Counted from the stretch's first letter, positions 1 to 10,467 are shown. The stretch: DNA of 64,000 bases from Cyclobacteriaceae bacterium (GCA_034523095.1 JAXHKU010000017.1:5641-69640); one strand, 5' to 3'. Program-made: numbers and translations. Notes: generated by a model from the letters alone, not told the origin.

Positions 1-448
1 TCTTTGTATTCGATCACGGTTTGTTCCATATTGGTGGAAGCCGCCTGCCAGACGCCATAAATTTTATTTCCCACTACCGGCCATTCTTTTACCTTTTCAT
101 TTGGTGGAGGAATGGTCAATGTGCCCGCATTGTGCATCTCCTTAAGCACCTTCACTTCTTCAACAAGGGATCCGATCAGCAGACCAATCGGAATAACGAC
201 AGATAATGAGAAAAGAGAGGACAATGATCGACGAGCCAATTGGGCCGCGCGCCCATTTTTTGGGCGAGGGTCTTGTGAAGCGGATACATGGCAATGGCGA
301 GTATAAGGCTCCATAAAATGATACTGGCGAATGGAGCCATGATGAGGAGGCACCATGCGACGATCAGCATCAGGATGAGCAACCTGATGGTCGTGTCATA
401 TATGGAAGGGTATATGGTTTGATTTTTCATGGAATTAGTATTTTTCAA
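1..448 (-). pseudogene. AI-2E family (PerM-like) transporter, 5' part. The frame is broken near 235-250 and the 3' end runs off the window.
   Basis: ORF 176..448 gives a TM-rich N-terminus with ILAIAMYPLHKTLAQKMG. The reading continues in another minus-strand frame over about 1..240 (VVIPIGLLIGSLVEEVKVLKEMHNAGTLTIPPPNEKVKEWPVVGNKIYGVWQAAS), as expected for this family. The frame switch lies in a GC-rich run. Confidence 0.65.
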
Positions 449-740
449 AAAGTTAATTCAATAGCGTTGATTATTCTCATATTAGAAAAAATATCCTTCA
501 GCTCTTATCCCGGTGGTAGTACGTAAATCAAAGACAAATCATATCCGGCCATCAGTGTCATAATATCTTTATTGGAGCAGCCTTGTAAGTCTGGGGGGGA
601 CCGCACCTACTTGCGGATTCACATCCTGCAAATTCCGCGGAATATTCCATAAAGTCCATCAGATTCACAAAAACACTTTTTGTCAGGTAGCCGTCTTTTT
701 TATTGCTCCCTGCATTGATCGAGGATATTTCTCCTGAAAC

Positions 741-1796
741 TTATTTCGTTTTCCAAAATCGTAAAAAACTCATCCAGATAGTCAATGGTACTTTTCTGAA
801 ATACGAACTCTGCAAACCATTTGTGTATATATTATAAATCTTCTCCCTTGCATTTTTGAAGTCCTTGCCGGCTTCAATCAGATACTTTTGGTCGATGCAA
901 ACGCCCCGGTAAACCCGCTCCCTCACACTCTCGTATACCAAGTTGCTCATCGGGAACGGCATAGTTTGTATTGATAATACCCGCGTAATCAAAAATCGTA
1001 GGGTATTGCATAGGGAGACTGGATGGCATAGTCAGTGGACTTGAGGGGTTTATATGATTATGCAAGACCCGGAATAGACCAGTCCGTATTTCCGATGAGG
1101 TACTGGAATAAATACCCTTTTGCCAGGGTATTCAGGTCGGTGAGCGGATCACGAATGTTTTTGGTTTCGATAGGAATGGCTTTCAGTCGACTCGCCATTT
1201 GATCAATACTTTCTATGATGTAGGCATAGCTTGTCATAGATTTCATTTGATCATTACTATCCGTCATCGTCAATTCGACCAATCTTACGCGGAAACTGTA
1301 ATCGGTGACTGCATTGTAAATTTTATATGCATAGTATTCACCAAGGAGATATTGGTCATACATTTCCCCTTTTTTGCAATCAACTACCATCTTCATCTTA
1401 TCAAATTCCCTAATCTGATTCATGACGGCTTCCTTCTTTGGAAAATTCAGCATGATCGGCGGGAAATAGCAGGTCTTTCGTCTCATATTCCCCCTGGGTT
1501 TTATGGTAATTTCCCTGCGTAACGCCACGGTATCACTTATGAAAAAGGTCAAAGTCGCCGGCTGATACTCTCCATCAAATTTTTTTTTGATGAGGTTTTT
1601 AAAATCCGATGCTATGGTAATCCTGCGATTGTTTCCTCCCGGCAAAAAAGTCATTGAAGTCGGGTCTGGAAGCAATGACTTTGCTAAAGTTCTCATCATG
1701 CTGATACAGCGAATCAAAATCATGAATCTGTGCGGGTGCAATAAAATACACCAACTGAAGGAGGAGAATAGAGATAGTGTTTTCATAACATTTCAA
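741..1796 (-). pseudogene. Conserved hypothetical secreted protein split over four reading-frame segments
   Basis: Minus-strand ORFs 1599..1796 (signal-peptide-like N-terminus), 1058..1786, 874..1065 and 741..992 are co-linear. They read as one protein (LFQYLIGNTDWSIPG / HNH..YPTIFDYAGIINTNYAVPDEQLGI / SVRERVYRGVC). I do not recognise a family name. Confidence 0.45.
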
Positions 1797-1892
1797 ATTT
1801 ACTGGCTGAATTATGCACGGACTGGTAATTTATATAAAACTTTGGTGTGGGAATCGATCGGGAAGACAAAAAACCAGCTTGTGCCGGAAGAC

Positions 1893-2180
1893 ATTTCGTT
1901 TTATAAACTTGTGGTTACCGATGTTACTATACTACTATTGGCAGGGCTTAGCGAATACTTTCTTTTCGGCAGTAAGGAGCGAACCAAGATCATCGTTTAT
2001 AATAATCTCGAAATGATCAGGCCGGAAAAAAGGGATGAATTATTTGCCGAATTGAAAAGTAAATTCGGAATAGCCAATATTAAAACACTGAAAATCGGCA
2101 AGATCGATGTGCCCAAAAGCACTGTAAGGCTTCAGGTGACTTTCAGGGATACCGAGAACAATAGTTTTGACGATGAATAA
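1893..2180 (+). pseudogene. DUF4956-like C-terminal remnant (N-terminal half missing)
   Basis: The tail of ORF 1587..2180 (ISFYKLVVTDVTILLLAGLSEYFLFGSKERTKIIVYNNLEMIRPEKRDELFAELKSKFGI..IGKID) resembles, from memory, the C-terminal third of DUF4956 proteins. There is no in-frame ATG between the overlap with the minus-strand gene and this block. Confidence 0.3.
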
Positions 2181-2295
2181 TACCCAATTTGCATCATAAC
2201 CATTACCTTTGCCTTTACAAAAATATTTTTATACCGGTTCTTACCATATCGAATACTTTTATTCCAGACACTATCTTAGCTAATCTCGAATCAAC

Positions 2296-3027
2296 ATGAA
2301 AAAGCACATATTCGCCAGTACATTGTCATTACTGCTCCTGATGTCCTTTACTGCCAATTCGCAGGTCCTCATCTCACTCCTTTTCGGCGATGCGCTCAAT
2401 AGCGACAAAGTCGAATTCGGACTGACAGGTGGCGGTAACAGGTCATACATCCGTACCATCAGCGATGCCAATGGGGTGAACTATTTTAACCTCGGATTTT
2501 ACTTTCACATCAACATTGAAGGCAGCTCGTATTTGAGTACCGGAGTACAGGTGAAATCGAGTACAGGCGCTTCGGGCATGGCTACTTATCCTGTAGGTGA
2601 AGATGACATAGACAACGTGTTTGCTGATGGTGAACTCACCAAAAAAATCAACTATTTCTATGTGCCCATCATGTGGCATCAGCGATTCAATAACCGCTGG
2701 TTCCTTGAAGGCGGCTTTCAGCTCGGCTTGAGGAATAAATCAAAGGACATTTTCACCACCGACTATAATGATGACGAACTTACTTACACCATCGACGCAC
2801 GCGATCAGTACAAACGCCTGGATGCCGGACTCATCGGTGGCGTAGGATATAAGTGGAAAAAGGAGTTAAAAAGCGTCAGCAGCGGCCTCAATTATTATCA
2901 TGGTCTTATGAATGTGAGCAATGTTGATGGAGTCACGGTTAAAAACTCCGGGTTTTACCTGTACGTAAGGCTCCCCATTGGAGCCGGAGGCAATAAAAAA
3001 GATACTTCTGCCGGTGACGCAGGTTAA
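2296..3027 (+). CDS. Outer membrane beta-barrel (porin-family/PorT-like) protein
   Basis: Intact 243 aa ORF with a signal peptide (MKKHIFASTLSLLLLMSFTANSQ) and alternating aromatic/glycine beta-strand pattern (GGVGYKW, GFYLYVRLPIG). Confidence 0.7.
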   Translation: MKKHIFASTLSLLLLMSFTANSQVLISLLFGDALNSDKVEFGLTGGGNRSYIRTISDANGVNYFNLGFYFHINIEGSSYLSTGVQVKSSTGASGMATYPVGEDDIDNVFADGELTKKINYFYVPIMWHQRFNNRWFLEGGFQLGLRNKSKDIFTTDYNDDELTYTIDARDQYKRLDAGLIGGVGYKWKKELKSVSSGLNYYHGLMNVSNVDGVTVKNSGFYLYVRLPIGAGGNKKDTSAGDAG

Positions 3028-3128
3028 GCAATCAGGCAATACAGGCACCATACTCGGTTCACAGAAGAAGAAGTTGCTTTTTTGCTGTGGGCTAGTTCAT
3101 CTATCAGTAAAAGAAGTATTTTTATTTC

Positions 3129-4268
3129 ATGGCAGAATTTAAGCTACCACCGGTATCTCCTTTAGGTGGCACCACAATTTCAAATTTTTTCAGGGTACTT
3201 CGTGGCAAAAAAATAGCGCCGCGATATTATTCTCGAATACCGGTTACGATCATCCTCATTTTGTTCTGCTCGCTTTTTCACTGGATCGACCGTTTGTACT
3301 TCTTCCTGAATAAAAAAAGGCTAAAAATCCAGGAACCGCCGGTATTTATTCTCGGTCATTGGCGAAGCGGCACCACGCTTCTTCACAATCTGATGACCCA
3401 GGATCCGTCTTCGGCCTACGTTACAACATATCATGCTGTATTTCCAAATAACCTGAAAAGTCAGTGGTTTTTGCGACCGCTCATGCGGGCTTTTATGCCC
3501 GAAGTGCGGCCCGGCGACAACCTGCGACTGGCTGTACATTTACCACAGGAAGATGAGTACGCCCTGAGCAATATGACAGAGGCGGCATATTACCATGTGT
3601 TTTATTTTCCGCGAAGTTATAAAACCTACTACAACAACTTTGTGCGCTTCGAATCGGCGCAGCCCCAAGAGATAGACCGCTGGGAAAAGACCTACAAAAG
3701 AATCATCCGTCGCGCTATACACGATACCGTAGGCTATAGACCAATACTTAAAAATCCGGTAAATACAGGACGCATCCCGCGACTAACGCACATTTTCCCT
3801 GGTGCGAAATATATTTTCATCATGCGCAATCCGATAACCACGTACCTCTCATCCAAAAAATTCTTCACCCAACTCTATCCCACGGTAAATCTGGAAGAAT
3901 TCTCGGGTGAGGAAATCAGCCGGATGGTGCTGGACATTTACGTGGAATTGCTCAATGATTACCTTAAGGATCGGGAACTTATTGATCCCGCCCATTTGAT
4001 CGAAATCAGATTCGAAGAGTTTGAGTTGAACCCCTTGGAGCATCTTGAAAGAATATATCGACAGTTTGATATCGGTGACTTTGCCAAATTACAGCCGCTG
4101 ATGCGATCCTATCTGGAAACGCAAAAAGAACATAAGATGCATGGGTACAAAATCAGCCGGCAGGAATTGGATGTAGTATTGGAAAAGCTCGATTTCGCCA
4201 TGAAATACTGGGATTATTCCATTCCCAATGATTTGGATATAATTGAAAGTATAGTTGATCAAACATAA
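3129..4268 (+). CDS. Sulfotransferase family protein
   Basis: Intact 379 aa ORF. It carries the PAPS 5'-phosphosulfate-binding loop GHWRSGTTLLHNLM and a later RNPITTY-type 3'-phosphate-binding region. Confidence 0.75.
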   Translation: MAEFKLPPVSPLGGTTISNFFRVLRGKKIAPRYYSRIPVTIILILFCSLFHWIDRLYFFLNKKRLKIQEPPVFILGHWRSGTTLLHNLMTQDPSSAYVTTYHAVFPNNLKSQWFLRPLMRAFMPEVRPGDNLRLAVHLPQEDEYALSNMTEAAYYHVFYFPRSYKTYYNNFVRFESAQPQEIDRWEKTYKRIIRRAIHDTVGYRPILKNPVNTGRIPRLTHIFPGAKYIFIMRNPITTYLSSKKFFTQLYPTVNLEEFSGEEISRMVLDIYVELLNDYLKDRELIDPAHLIEIRFEEFELNPLEHLERIYRQFDIGDFAKLQPLMRSYLETQKEHKMHGYKISRQELDVVLEKLDFAMKYWDYSIPNDLDIIESIVDQT

Positions 4269-4342
4269 TATTTATATTTGCCGCTAAAAAATTGCCAATA
4301 AGGCGATGTTTGACAGATGTCTAACTTAACCATTTCAACAAA

Positions 4343-5002
4343 ATGAAAATCAGATCTACTTTTCTCATGCTCTTCCTGGTAGTCGCAACCTATGTTTTTG
4401 GCCAGGACAAAAATGTTTATTCAACCACGATCATCGAATTTCCATTTACCTGGTCCAATGCCAGCGATGATGGCGAGAACTTAGGTGGCCCGGTGCGCTT
4501 TGCTCCGTTTTTCAATTTTCAAAACAACCTGAACATTGACTTCTCTGAAAAGGCCGGATTCTTTGCCGGTCTCGGCATGCACAATGTTGGCTTCATCTAT
4601 GACGTTGATGAAAACACGAGAAAAAAAGTTCGCTCCTACAATCTCGGCATTCCCGTAGGATTCAAGATCGGCAACATGGACAAAACCTATATTTACGGCG
4701 GGTACGAATTAGAAATTCCTTTCGCGTACAAAGAGAAGACGATTGTAAATGAAGAAAAAACGAAGTATAGCAAGTGGTTTTCAGACCAGACAGGCCTTCA
4801 GCAATCCGTTTTAGTTGGTGTGCAGATTGCCGATGGCGCCAACCTGAAATTCAAATACTACTTCACCAATTTCTATAAAGAAAATTATACGGAGTCAGAC
4901 GGAGATGGGGGTACCGTGAAACCTTATGAAAACTTCAATGCCAATATATTCTGGATTTCGCTCAACATTGTGATGTTTCATAATGCGGAATTCAGCTATT
5001 AA
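4343..5002 (+). CDS. Secreted/outer-membrane hypothetical protein (beta-barrel-like)
   Basis: Intact 219 aa ORF with a signal peptide (MKIRSTFLMLFLVVATYVFGQ). It is rich in aromatic-terminated beta-strand-like segments and ends in F-S-Y. Confidence 0.5.
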   Translation: MKIRSTFLMLFLVVATYVFGQDKNVYSTTIIEFPFTWSNASDDGENLGGPVRFAPFFNFQNNLNIDFSEKAGFFAGLGMHNVGFIYDVDENTRKKVRSYNLGIPVGFKIGNMDKTYIYGGYELEIPFAYKEKTIVNEEKTKYSKWFSDQTGLQQSVLVGVQIADGANLKFKYYFTNFYKENYTESDGDGGTVKPYENFNANIFWISLNIVMFHNAEFSY

Positions 5003-5003
5003 A

Positions 5004-5023
5004 GACGACTTTTTTCAGTCGTC
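5004..5023 (+). terminator. Hairpin immediately after the stop codon (weak intrinsic terminator candidate)
   Basis: GACGACT-tttttc-AGTCGTC is a 7 bp perfect stem starting 2 nt after the stop at 5002. No U-tract follows. Confidence 0.35.
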
Positions 5024-5186
5024 CGGGGTATTCCTACTAAGTGAAATGATCCTGCATGAAAAGTTATTAATGTGACTTTTCATCGTGTGGCACGTCATAA
5101 GTGCAACAGTTCATGCTGATTCTAAACCCGAAAATTCATATTAGTTGACTTTTCGGTATATTAGATTCTAAGTATAAAATACTCCA

Positions 5187-6272
5187 ATGGCAAGTCTAAG
5201 TATTACAAAAAGAAACAAATTGATCCGATTGATCAGGTTTGGGATTTATACCAGCCTGATCTTCGCGACCATATATTATATCGATACCAATAAGATACAC
5301 TACAACCAGATTATCATAGGATTCATCTATGGTTTCCTCCTTGGTGTATTGGAAGAAATAACCTCACACCGGCGGTTCGACAGTATCAATCTTGCGCTTC
5401 AATTCGCCATCAAGGTCGCGGGTATTCTGTTCATATTATTTTTAATTTCGGCTGGGATTTGGATGATTTTTCCACGCCCTATAAATCGGCCGGTCGATGA
5501 CAAGACGGTATGGGAGCATCTGAAAGAATTGCATTTTCTCAGTCCGCTACTATCCGCCTTTGCCGTAGCTCTGATAGTTTCTACCTATTTTCAGATTGAA
5601 AAATTGGTAGGCAAAAATATGCTCAACAACTATCTGAGAGGAAGATATCGCCGCCCAAAAAAGGAGATCCGCGTGTTTCTCTTCATTGACTTAAAGGCAT
5701 CGACATCGCTTTCCGAACGACTTGGCAATGACACCTACTATACATTTCTGAATGACGCGATCTATGAAATGTCGGAGGCTATCATCGAAACAAAGGCAGA
5801 AATATATCAGTACGTAGGTGATGAAATCGTCTTTACCTGGGAATTGGAGAATGGCATTACGAATAATAACTGCCTCCGCCTGTTCGAAAAGATTTCCAAC
5901 CGTTTGCAATTGAAGAAAGCACATTTCATGAAAACCTATGGGTTTCAGCCAAAATTCAAAGGCGCTATGCACACTGGCATCGTGTTAGCCGCTGAAATTG
6001 GCCACCTGAAAAAAGAAATCGTTTACACCGGCGACGTATTGAATACCACTTCACGGATGGAGTCGATGTGCAATCATTTCGATGCAGATCTTCTTTTGTC
6101 AAGATCGCTCTTCAACCTGCTTGATAAGAAGCAGGATATCATTTACGATGATCTTGGTCTTGTGGAGTTAAAAGGAAAAGACGAAAAAATCGAGTTGATC
6201 AAAATCTATCCTTCCGATAGCCAATTTGTGAAGGAACGGATGGAACTCGAAAAGGTACTCCAGGCCAAATAG
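5187..6272 (+). CDS. Membrane-anchored class III adenylate/guanylate cyclase
   Basis: The N-terminal ~150 aa have about 4 hydrophobic helices. The C-terminal domain carries cyclase motifs VFLFIDLKASTSLSERLG, YVGDEIVFTW and TGDVLNTTSRMES. Confidence 0.8.
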   Translation: MASLSITKRNKLIRLIRFGIYTSLIFATIYYIDTNKIHYNQIIIGFIYGFLLGVLEEITSHRRFDSINLALQFAIKVAGILFILFLISAGIWMIFPRPINRPVDDKTVWEHLKELHFLSPLLSAFAVALIVSTYFQIEKLVGKNMLNNYLRGRYRRPKKEIRVFLFIDLKASTSLSERLGNDTYYTFLNDAIYEMSEAIIETKAEIYQYVGDEIVFTWELENGITNNNCLRLFEKISNRLQLKKAHFMKTYGFQPKFKGAMHTGIVLAAEIGHLKKEIVYTGDVLNTTSRMESMCNHFDADLLLSRSLFNLLDKKQDIIYDDLGLVELKGKDEKIELIKIYPSDSQFVKERMELEKVLQAK

Positions 6273-6356
6273 ACGCTATCCGGGATATTTTAAGTCAAAA
6301 AGAACTCAATCCGTTTTTTATTTGTTCCATAATAGTACTACTCATCCAAGCAGAAT

Positions 6357-6773
6357 ATGGAAAGCATTTTCATGGAAAAAACGGCCATTCCCGGAGACAG
6401 TGACCTCATCGAAAAACTTGGCGCAACCTATTCCTTATGGAATAAACTGAAAAAATACTTCAACGACCATGCTCCCAACCCTGGGGAAGAGTGGAACTTT
6501 CCTGGTAAAAACTACGGCTGGAGCTTTCGCATGAAAAGCAAAAAGCGCAACATCATTTATTTTCTTCCCAGGCAGGGATTTTTTCTCGTCGCATTCGTCT
6601 TTGGTCCAAAGGCATTTGATAAAGTGATGTCAAGTCAAGTGAGTGAAGACATTAAAAATGACTTGCAAAACGCCAAGGCTTATGCTGAAGGCCGTGGCGT
6701 AAGAATCAAGGTGACTGATGAAACCATTTTCAACGATATTTTTACCCTCCTCGAAATAAAACTTAATTCCTGA
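6357..6773 (+). CDS. DUF3788 domain protein
   Basis: Intact 138 aa ORF with the block GKNYGWSFRMKSKKRNIIYFLPRQGFFLVAFVFG, which I recall as typical of DUF3788. The start may be the second Met at 6372. Confidence 0.55.
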   Translation: MESIFMEKTAIPGDSDLIEKLGATYSLWNKLKKYFNDHAPNPGEEWNFPGKNYGWSFRMKSKKRNIIYFLPRQGFFLVAFVFGPKAFDKVMSSQVSEDIKNDLQNAKAYAEGRGVRIKVTDETIFNDIFTLLEIKLNS

Positions 6774-6893
6774 CAGCCGCTACACGAACCGCTGAATAGG
6801 CAGCAGTATTACACACTTTGCGCAACAGACACTGTGTAAAATATTTTACGCAATTTGCGTAATCGCAAAACCAAAAATGAATTCCAGCATTCT

Positions 6894-7619
6894 ATGAATA
6901 ATCTGAAAATCAGTGATGCTCTTATAAAAAAGATACCACTACTTCGACTTTGCTGCATATCATGCGAAGTTCAGATTGGGCCTTCTGGTGTCCCTATCAA
7001 AAAACTCTCGAATGAAATTATAGCCAAAATCCAGCAGGAGCTTACCATTGAGACTGTCAGCCAGAAACCAACCATCAGAGCAACGAAGGAAGCATACCGT
7101 ATTCTGGGAAAAGATCCGAGCAGATACAGACCCTCCGCCGAAGCGCTGACCCGGCGCGTGGTGAGTGGCAAAGGGATATATGAAATCAATAATATCGTGG
7201 ATATCTTGAACCTCGTCTCGCTCGATACGGGCTTTTCTATCGGTGGGTACGATGCGGATAAAATTGTCGGCGATGTTGAATTTGGTGTGGGACTGGCAAA
7301 CGAACCCTATGAAGCCATTGGCCGTGGCGAATTGAATATTGAAAACCTGCCTCTTTTCAGGGATGAGTTAGGCGCTTTTGGCAGCCCCACGAGCGACTCG
7401 CTGCGTACCATGGTGACAGAAAATACTACCCGCTTCCTCATGGTGATCATTGATTTTGATGGCTCCGTCCTGCTCGATGAAGCTATGCAAAAAAGTATTG
7501 ACTGGCTCAGCCGCCTGGGAAAAGCACAAAATATCCATGCGGTGGAAAGTGAATGCGTAAATCCTGTAGACAATACTGCTAATAAAAGGACCATCCAAAT
7601 GATGAAGTACACGCAATAA
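6894..7619 (+). CDS. B3/B4 domain-containing protein (PheT B3/4-like tRNA-binding fold)
   Basis: ORF 6855..7619. Met at 6894 (MNNLKISD) is the more likely start. The block AYRILGKDPSRYRPSAEALTRRVVSGKGIYEINNIVDILNLVSLDTGFSIGGYD matches stand-alone B3/4 proteins. Confidence 0.65.
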   Translation: MNNLKISDALIKKIPLLRLCCISCEVQIGPSGVPIKKLSNEIIAKIQQELTIETVSQKPTIRATKEAYRILGKDPSRYRPSAEALTRRVVSGKGIYEINNIVDILNLVSLDTGFSIGGYDADKIVGDVEFGVGLANEPYEAIGRGELNIENLPLFRDELGAFGSPTSDSLRTMVTENTTRFLMVIIDFDGSVLLDEAMQKSIDWLSRLGKAQNIHAVESECVNPVDNTANKRTIQMMKYTQ

Positions 7620-7802
7620 TCCGCTTGTGATAGATTTCTGAGTCCCTACCATGCACTTTTGGACTTTTAGTGATTTTCCGGTAGCTTCATGTGTCGAATA
7701 CTCTTGGCTATTTTTTTTGAGGCAAATTTTGTGAAAAATCCAGAGGAAGACAGAAACCAAAAAATAAACTGATCTTAATTTTTAACAATAACTCCATCAT
7801 CT

Positions 7803-8717
7803 ATGAGACTCCGATTCGCATTTCTAGTATTGCTGGGATTTATGGGTTGTTCAAAACCTAAATCAAATGAACTTACTATGACGGAAAAAGGCCTATCAGA
7901 AACTCTTGCCACTAATCAAACCACAATTTCAACAACAGACGTTTCAAGCAATTCAGTTAACTCGGATACCCTAAGCTATGCTGGTTATATTCATAAGTTC
8001 AGAGACAATGATACATTTTATACCGACTTATACTTTCTGAATGACATTAATGACCAACTCTATCTTGATATTTCAAAAATGGGTGACAGTTTGGTTTTCG
8101 AAGACGAGGAAAATCGAAGAACACTTATTGATCTTGATAAGGCAGGTAAATATTTCAATTTAACAGGACTTCATACCATTAATATTTATAATAGCGAAAA
8201 TGACAAGCTCACTACTGGCCGATTTGACCATATTGAATATGTTGAGGGGAATATAGAAAGTAGTTTTGCAGCGGTATTTCTGGTTGAAAATCCACATGCT
8301 AAAAACCCCTTATTCTGTATTGGTAATCCGGCTGATGACTTGGAGAAAGTTTCGTTCACTTCATTCGAAGATGAAAACTTAAAATCAAAACTGATCGAAT
8401 ACCTTGGAGTAGACAGTAGTCTACTGTGGAATGTCAGTCACTATAATTTTAACAGTGAGTCAATATTATCCACAGTTTCGGCAAATACAACAGCATATAT
8501 TATAGAGACTAAGGAAAATACACTTAAGACTCTTTACAAAAGCAAAGATGACGAGGCAATCTTTGGATTGAATGTAATCTCCAAGAAAATAAATGGACGA
8601 GAAGTATTGTTAGCAGATTGCGTAATGCCTGAAACAGATATGACATGGACTTCTGTTTTACTATTCAATGGCAGTGAGTATGAATCTACCAAAGACCGTA
8701 GAATACGAGCAAAATAA
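7803..8717 (+). CDS. Hypothetical lipoprotein
   Basis: Intact 304 aa ORF with a lipobox-like N-terminus (LVLLGFMGCSKP). No recognisable domain. Confidence 0.5.
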   Translation: MRLRFAFLVLLGFMGCSKPKSNELTMTEKGLSETLATNQTTISTTDVSSNSVNSDTLSYAGYIHKFRDNDTFYTDLYFLNDINDQLYLDISKMGDSLVFEDEENRRTLIDLDKAGKYFNLTGLHTINIYNSENDKLTTGRFDHIEYVEGNIESSFAAVFLVENPHAKNPLFCIGNPADDLEKVSFTSFEDENLKSKLIEYLGVDSSLLWNVSHYNFNSESILSTVSANTTAYIIETKENTLKTLYKSKDDEAIFGLNVISKKINGREVLLADCVMPETDMTWTSVLLFNGSEYESTKDRRIRAK

Positions 8718-8985
8718 AATAGAAATAGTATCGAAACCCACAGGTTTGCGTGCAACACCGTGCAAAGCGCGACCATTTTTCTGTTCTGAACCACAATGGG
8801 AAGCGCAACCCGCCTTCCGCCTCTTTTATATCTCAAATATTCTCGAAAAACCCAGTATCGCACTTTCTCCCACCCCAACGTCCTTCTATATGCCGAAGCA
8901 TATATTTTCTTGATATTTTTCTCAATTATATCCAAATACATATAATTTAGTATATTTGAAATAGTATTATATCCAGAAGCATATA

Positions 8986-9195
8986 ATGAAGCAATTAGCG
9001 ACATTTGTTAAAGACCGCAGGAAAGAAGTCAATCTTACCCAGGAAGAATTCGCAGAACGTGCCGGTGTTGCGCTAACTGTGATCCGCAAAATAGAACAGG
9101 GAAAAACGAATTTGAATATGGATAAGGTAAACCTGGTACTTCGCATGTTTGGGCATGAGTTAGCGCCCGTTAACAGTAAAGAGCTTAATGAATGA
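8986..9195 (+). CDS. XRE-family helix-turn-helix protein, HipB-like antitoxin
   Basis: 69 aa ORF with an HTH signature (LTQEEFAERAGVALTVIRKIEQGKTNLNMDKV). Its stop overlaps the next start (ATGA). Confidence 0.8.
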   Translation: MKQLATFVKDRRKEVNLTQEEFAERAGVALTVIRKIEQGKTNLNMDKVNLVLRMFGHELAPVNSKELNE

Positions 9196-9527
9196 GACAA
9201 GGAAAGGTATTTTATAATGATCATTTGGCTGGTGTGATTACCGAAACAAATGAGGGCGAGTATGTATTCCAATATGACGAACGATACGTGGAAGATTATC
9301 CGGCGAAGTTCATCACATTCACTATGCCGGTTACAGATCAACCATACACCGACAAAAGACTCTTTCCATTTTTTGAAGGGCTGATCCCGGAAGGTTGGCT
9401 GCTGGATATTGCCTCTGAAAACTGGAAGATCAATAAAAATGACCGGATGGGACTACTATTGGCGTGTTGTCAGAATTGTATTGGCGCTGTGAGTGTTAAA
9501 CCCATAACAGAAGAGGATGCCGAATAG
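9192..9527 (+). CDS. HipA N-terminal-subdomain protein (HipS-like)
   Basis: 111 aa ORF with motifs LAGVITE..YVFQYDERY, FPFFEGLIPEGW and NCIGAVSV, typical of the HipA N-terminal coupling domain, encoded here as a separate small protein. Confidence 0.75.
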   Translation: MRQGKVFYNDHLAGVITETNEGEYVFQYDERYVEDYPAKFITFTMPVTDQPYTDKRLFPFFEGLIPEGWLLDIASENWKINKNDRMGLLLACCQNCIGAVSVKPITEEDAE

Positions 9528-10467
9528 ATGTTTGTATTGTTATAATACGGTAGAAGAAGGACTCGACTACCATGGAAAGTGTTCATTGGAATTCTTTGGC
9601 ACTTCAACACCTCCTAAAGTAGAGATACTCCCTGGATCAAATGGATGAACTTGCAAAATATATCGTGGAACGCAGTGTGGCGGTTCCCGGCGTTCAACCA
9701 AAATTGTCCATGTCATTGGTCAGGAAAGCTAAAGAAAAATGCAGATTCACGGCTGACTATCGTTGGTGCATTAGGTGGCCAATATATATTCAAACCGCCA
9801 TCTGACCGATTCCCCGAAATGCCCCAAAACGAACATGTGACCATGCGCATCGCGGCAAGTTGCGGAATTCGTGTGGTGCCTTCATCATTAATCCGATTGT
9901 CTTCCGGAGAACTATCCTACATCACTAAGCGTGTTGACCGCACAGAAGCCGGAGATAAAATCCATATGATTGACATGTTTCAGATCACCAAAGCGTTTGA
10001 TAAGTATAAAAGCTCCATGGAGAAGATTGGAAAGGCCCTCGGAAGTTATTCTGAAAATACATTGCTTGATAAAGTATTCTACTTTGAATTAGTTCTTTTC
10101 TCCTTTCTCACCGGCAACAACGATATGCATTTGAAAAATTTCTCCATGATAGAGAGCCCATCCGGCTGGGTACTGGCGCCTGCCTATGATTTGCTGAATG
10201 TAGCCATCGTACTACCGGAGGACAAAGAGGAACTTGCTTTGACATTAGCTGGAAAGAGGTCGAAGTTGAAGAGGGACCACTTCGAACAATTAGGCGGCGG
10301 ATTGGGCCTTACAGATAGAGCAGATCAAGGGGGCGTTCCAACGGATGATTAAAAGCAAGCCAAACTCCATCTACTGGATTGATCAATCATTCCTGACAGA
10401 CGACATGAAGATTGCCTATAAAGAGGTGCTTGACTCAAGATATAAACAATTAGCATTAACAGAATAA
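9517..10467 (+). pseudogene. HipA-family Ser/Thr kinase toxin (HipT-like) with about three frame breaks
   Basis: The reading starts at ATG 9517, overlapping the upstream stop (MPNRCLYCYNTVEEGLDYHGKCSLEFFG). The frame changes near 9620-9635, 9735-9740 (A5 run) and 10315-10325. Segments carry VPGVQPKLSMSL, FLTGNNDMHLKNFS and LAPAYDLLN. The final segment ends at TAA 10465-10467. Confidence 0.75.

Noticed and set aside
1587-1892. N-terminal 100 codons of ORF 1587..2180 as a genuine coding region.
   Set aside because: This part overlaps the minus-strand secreted-protein gene, shows no similarity to the membrane half of DUF4956 proteins, and has no Met after the overlap. Only the C-terminal block looks homologous.
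8534-9341. Minus-strand ORFs of 156 aa and 124 aa overlapping the lipoprotein 3' end and the hipB/hipS genes.
   Set aside because: They are antisense to ORFs with clear family motifs, have no recognisable domains, and show composition typical of shadow frames.
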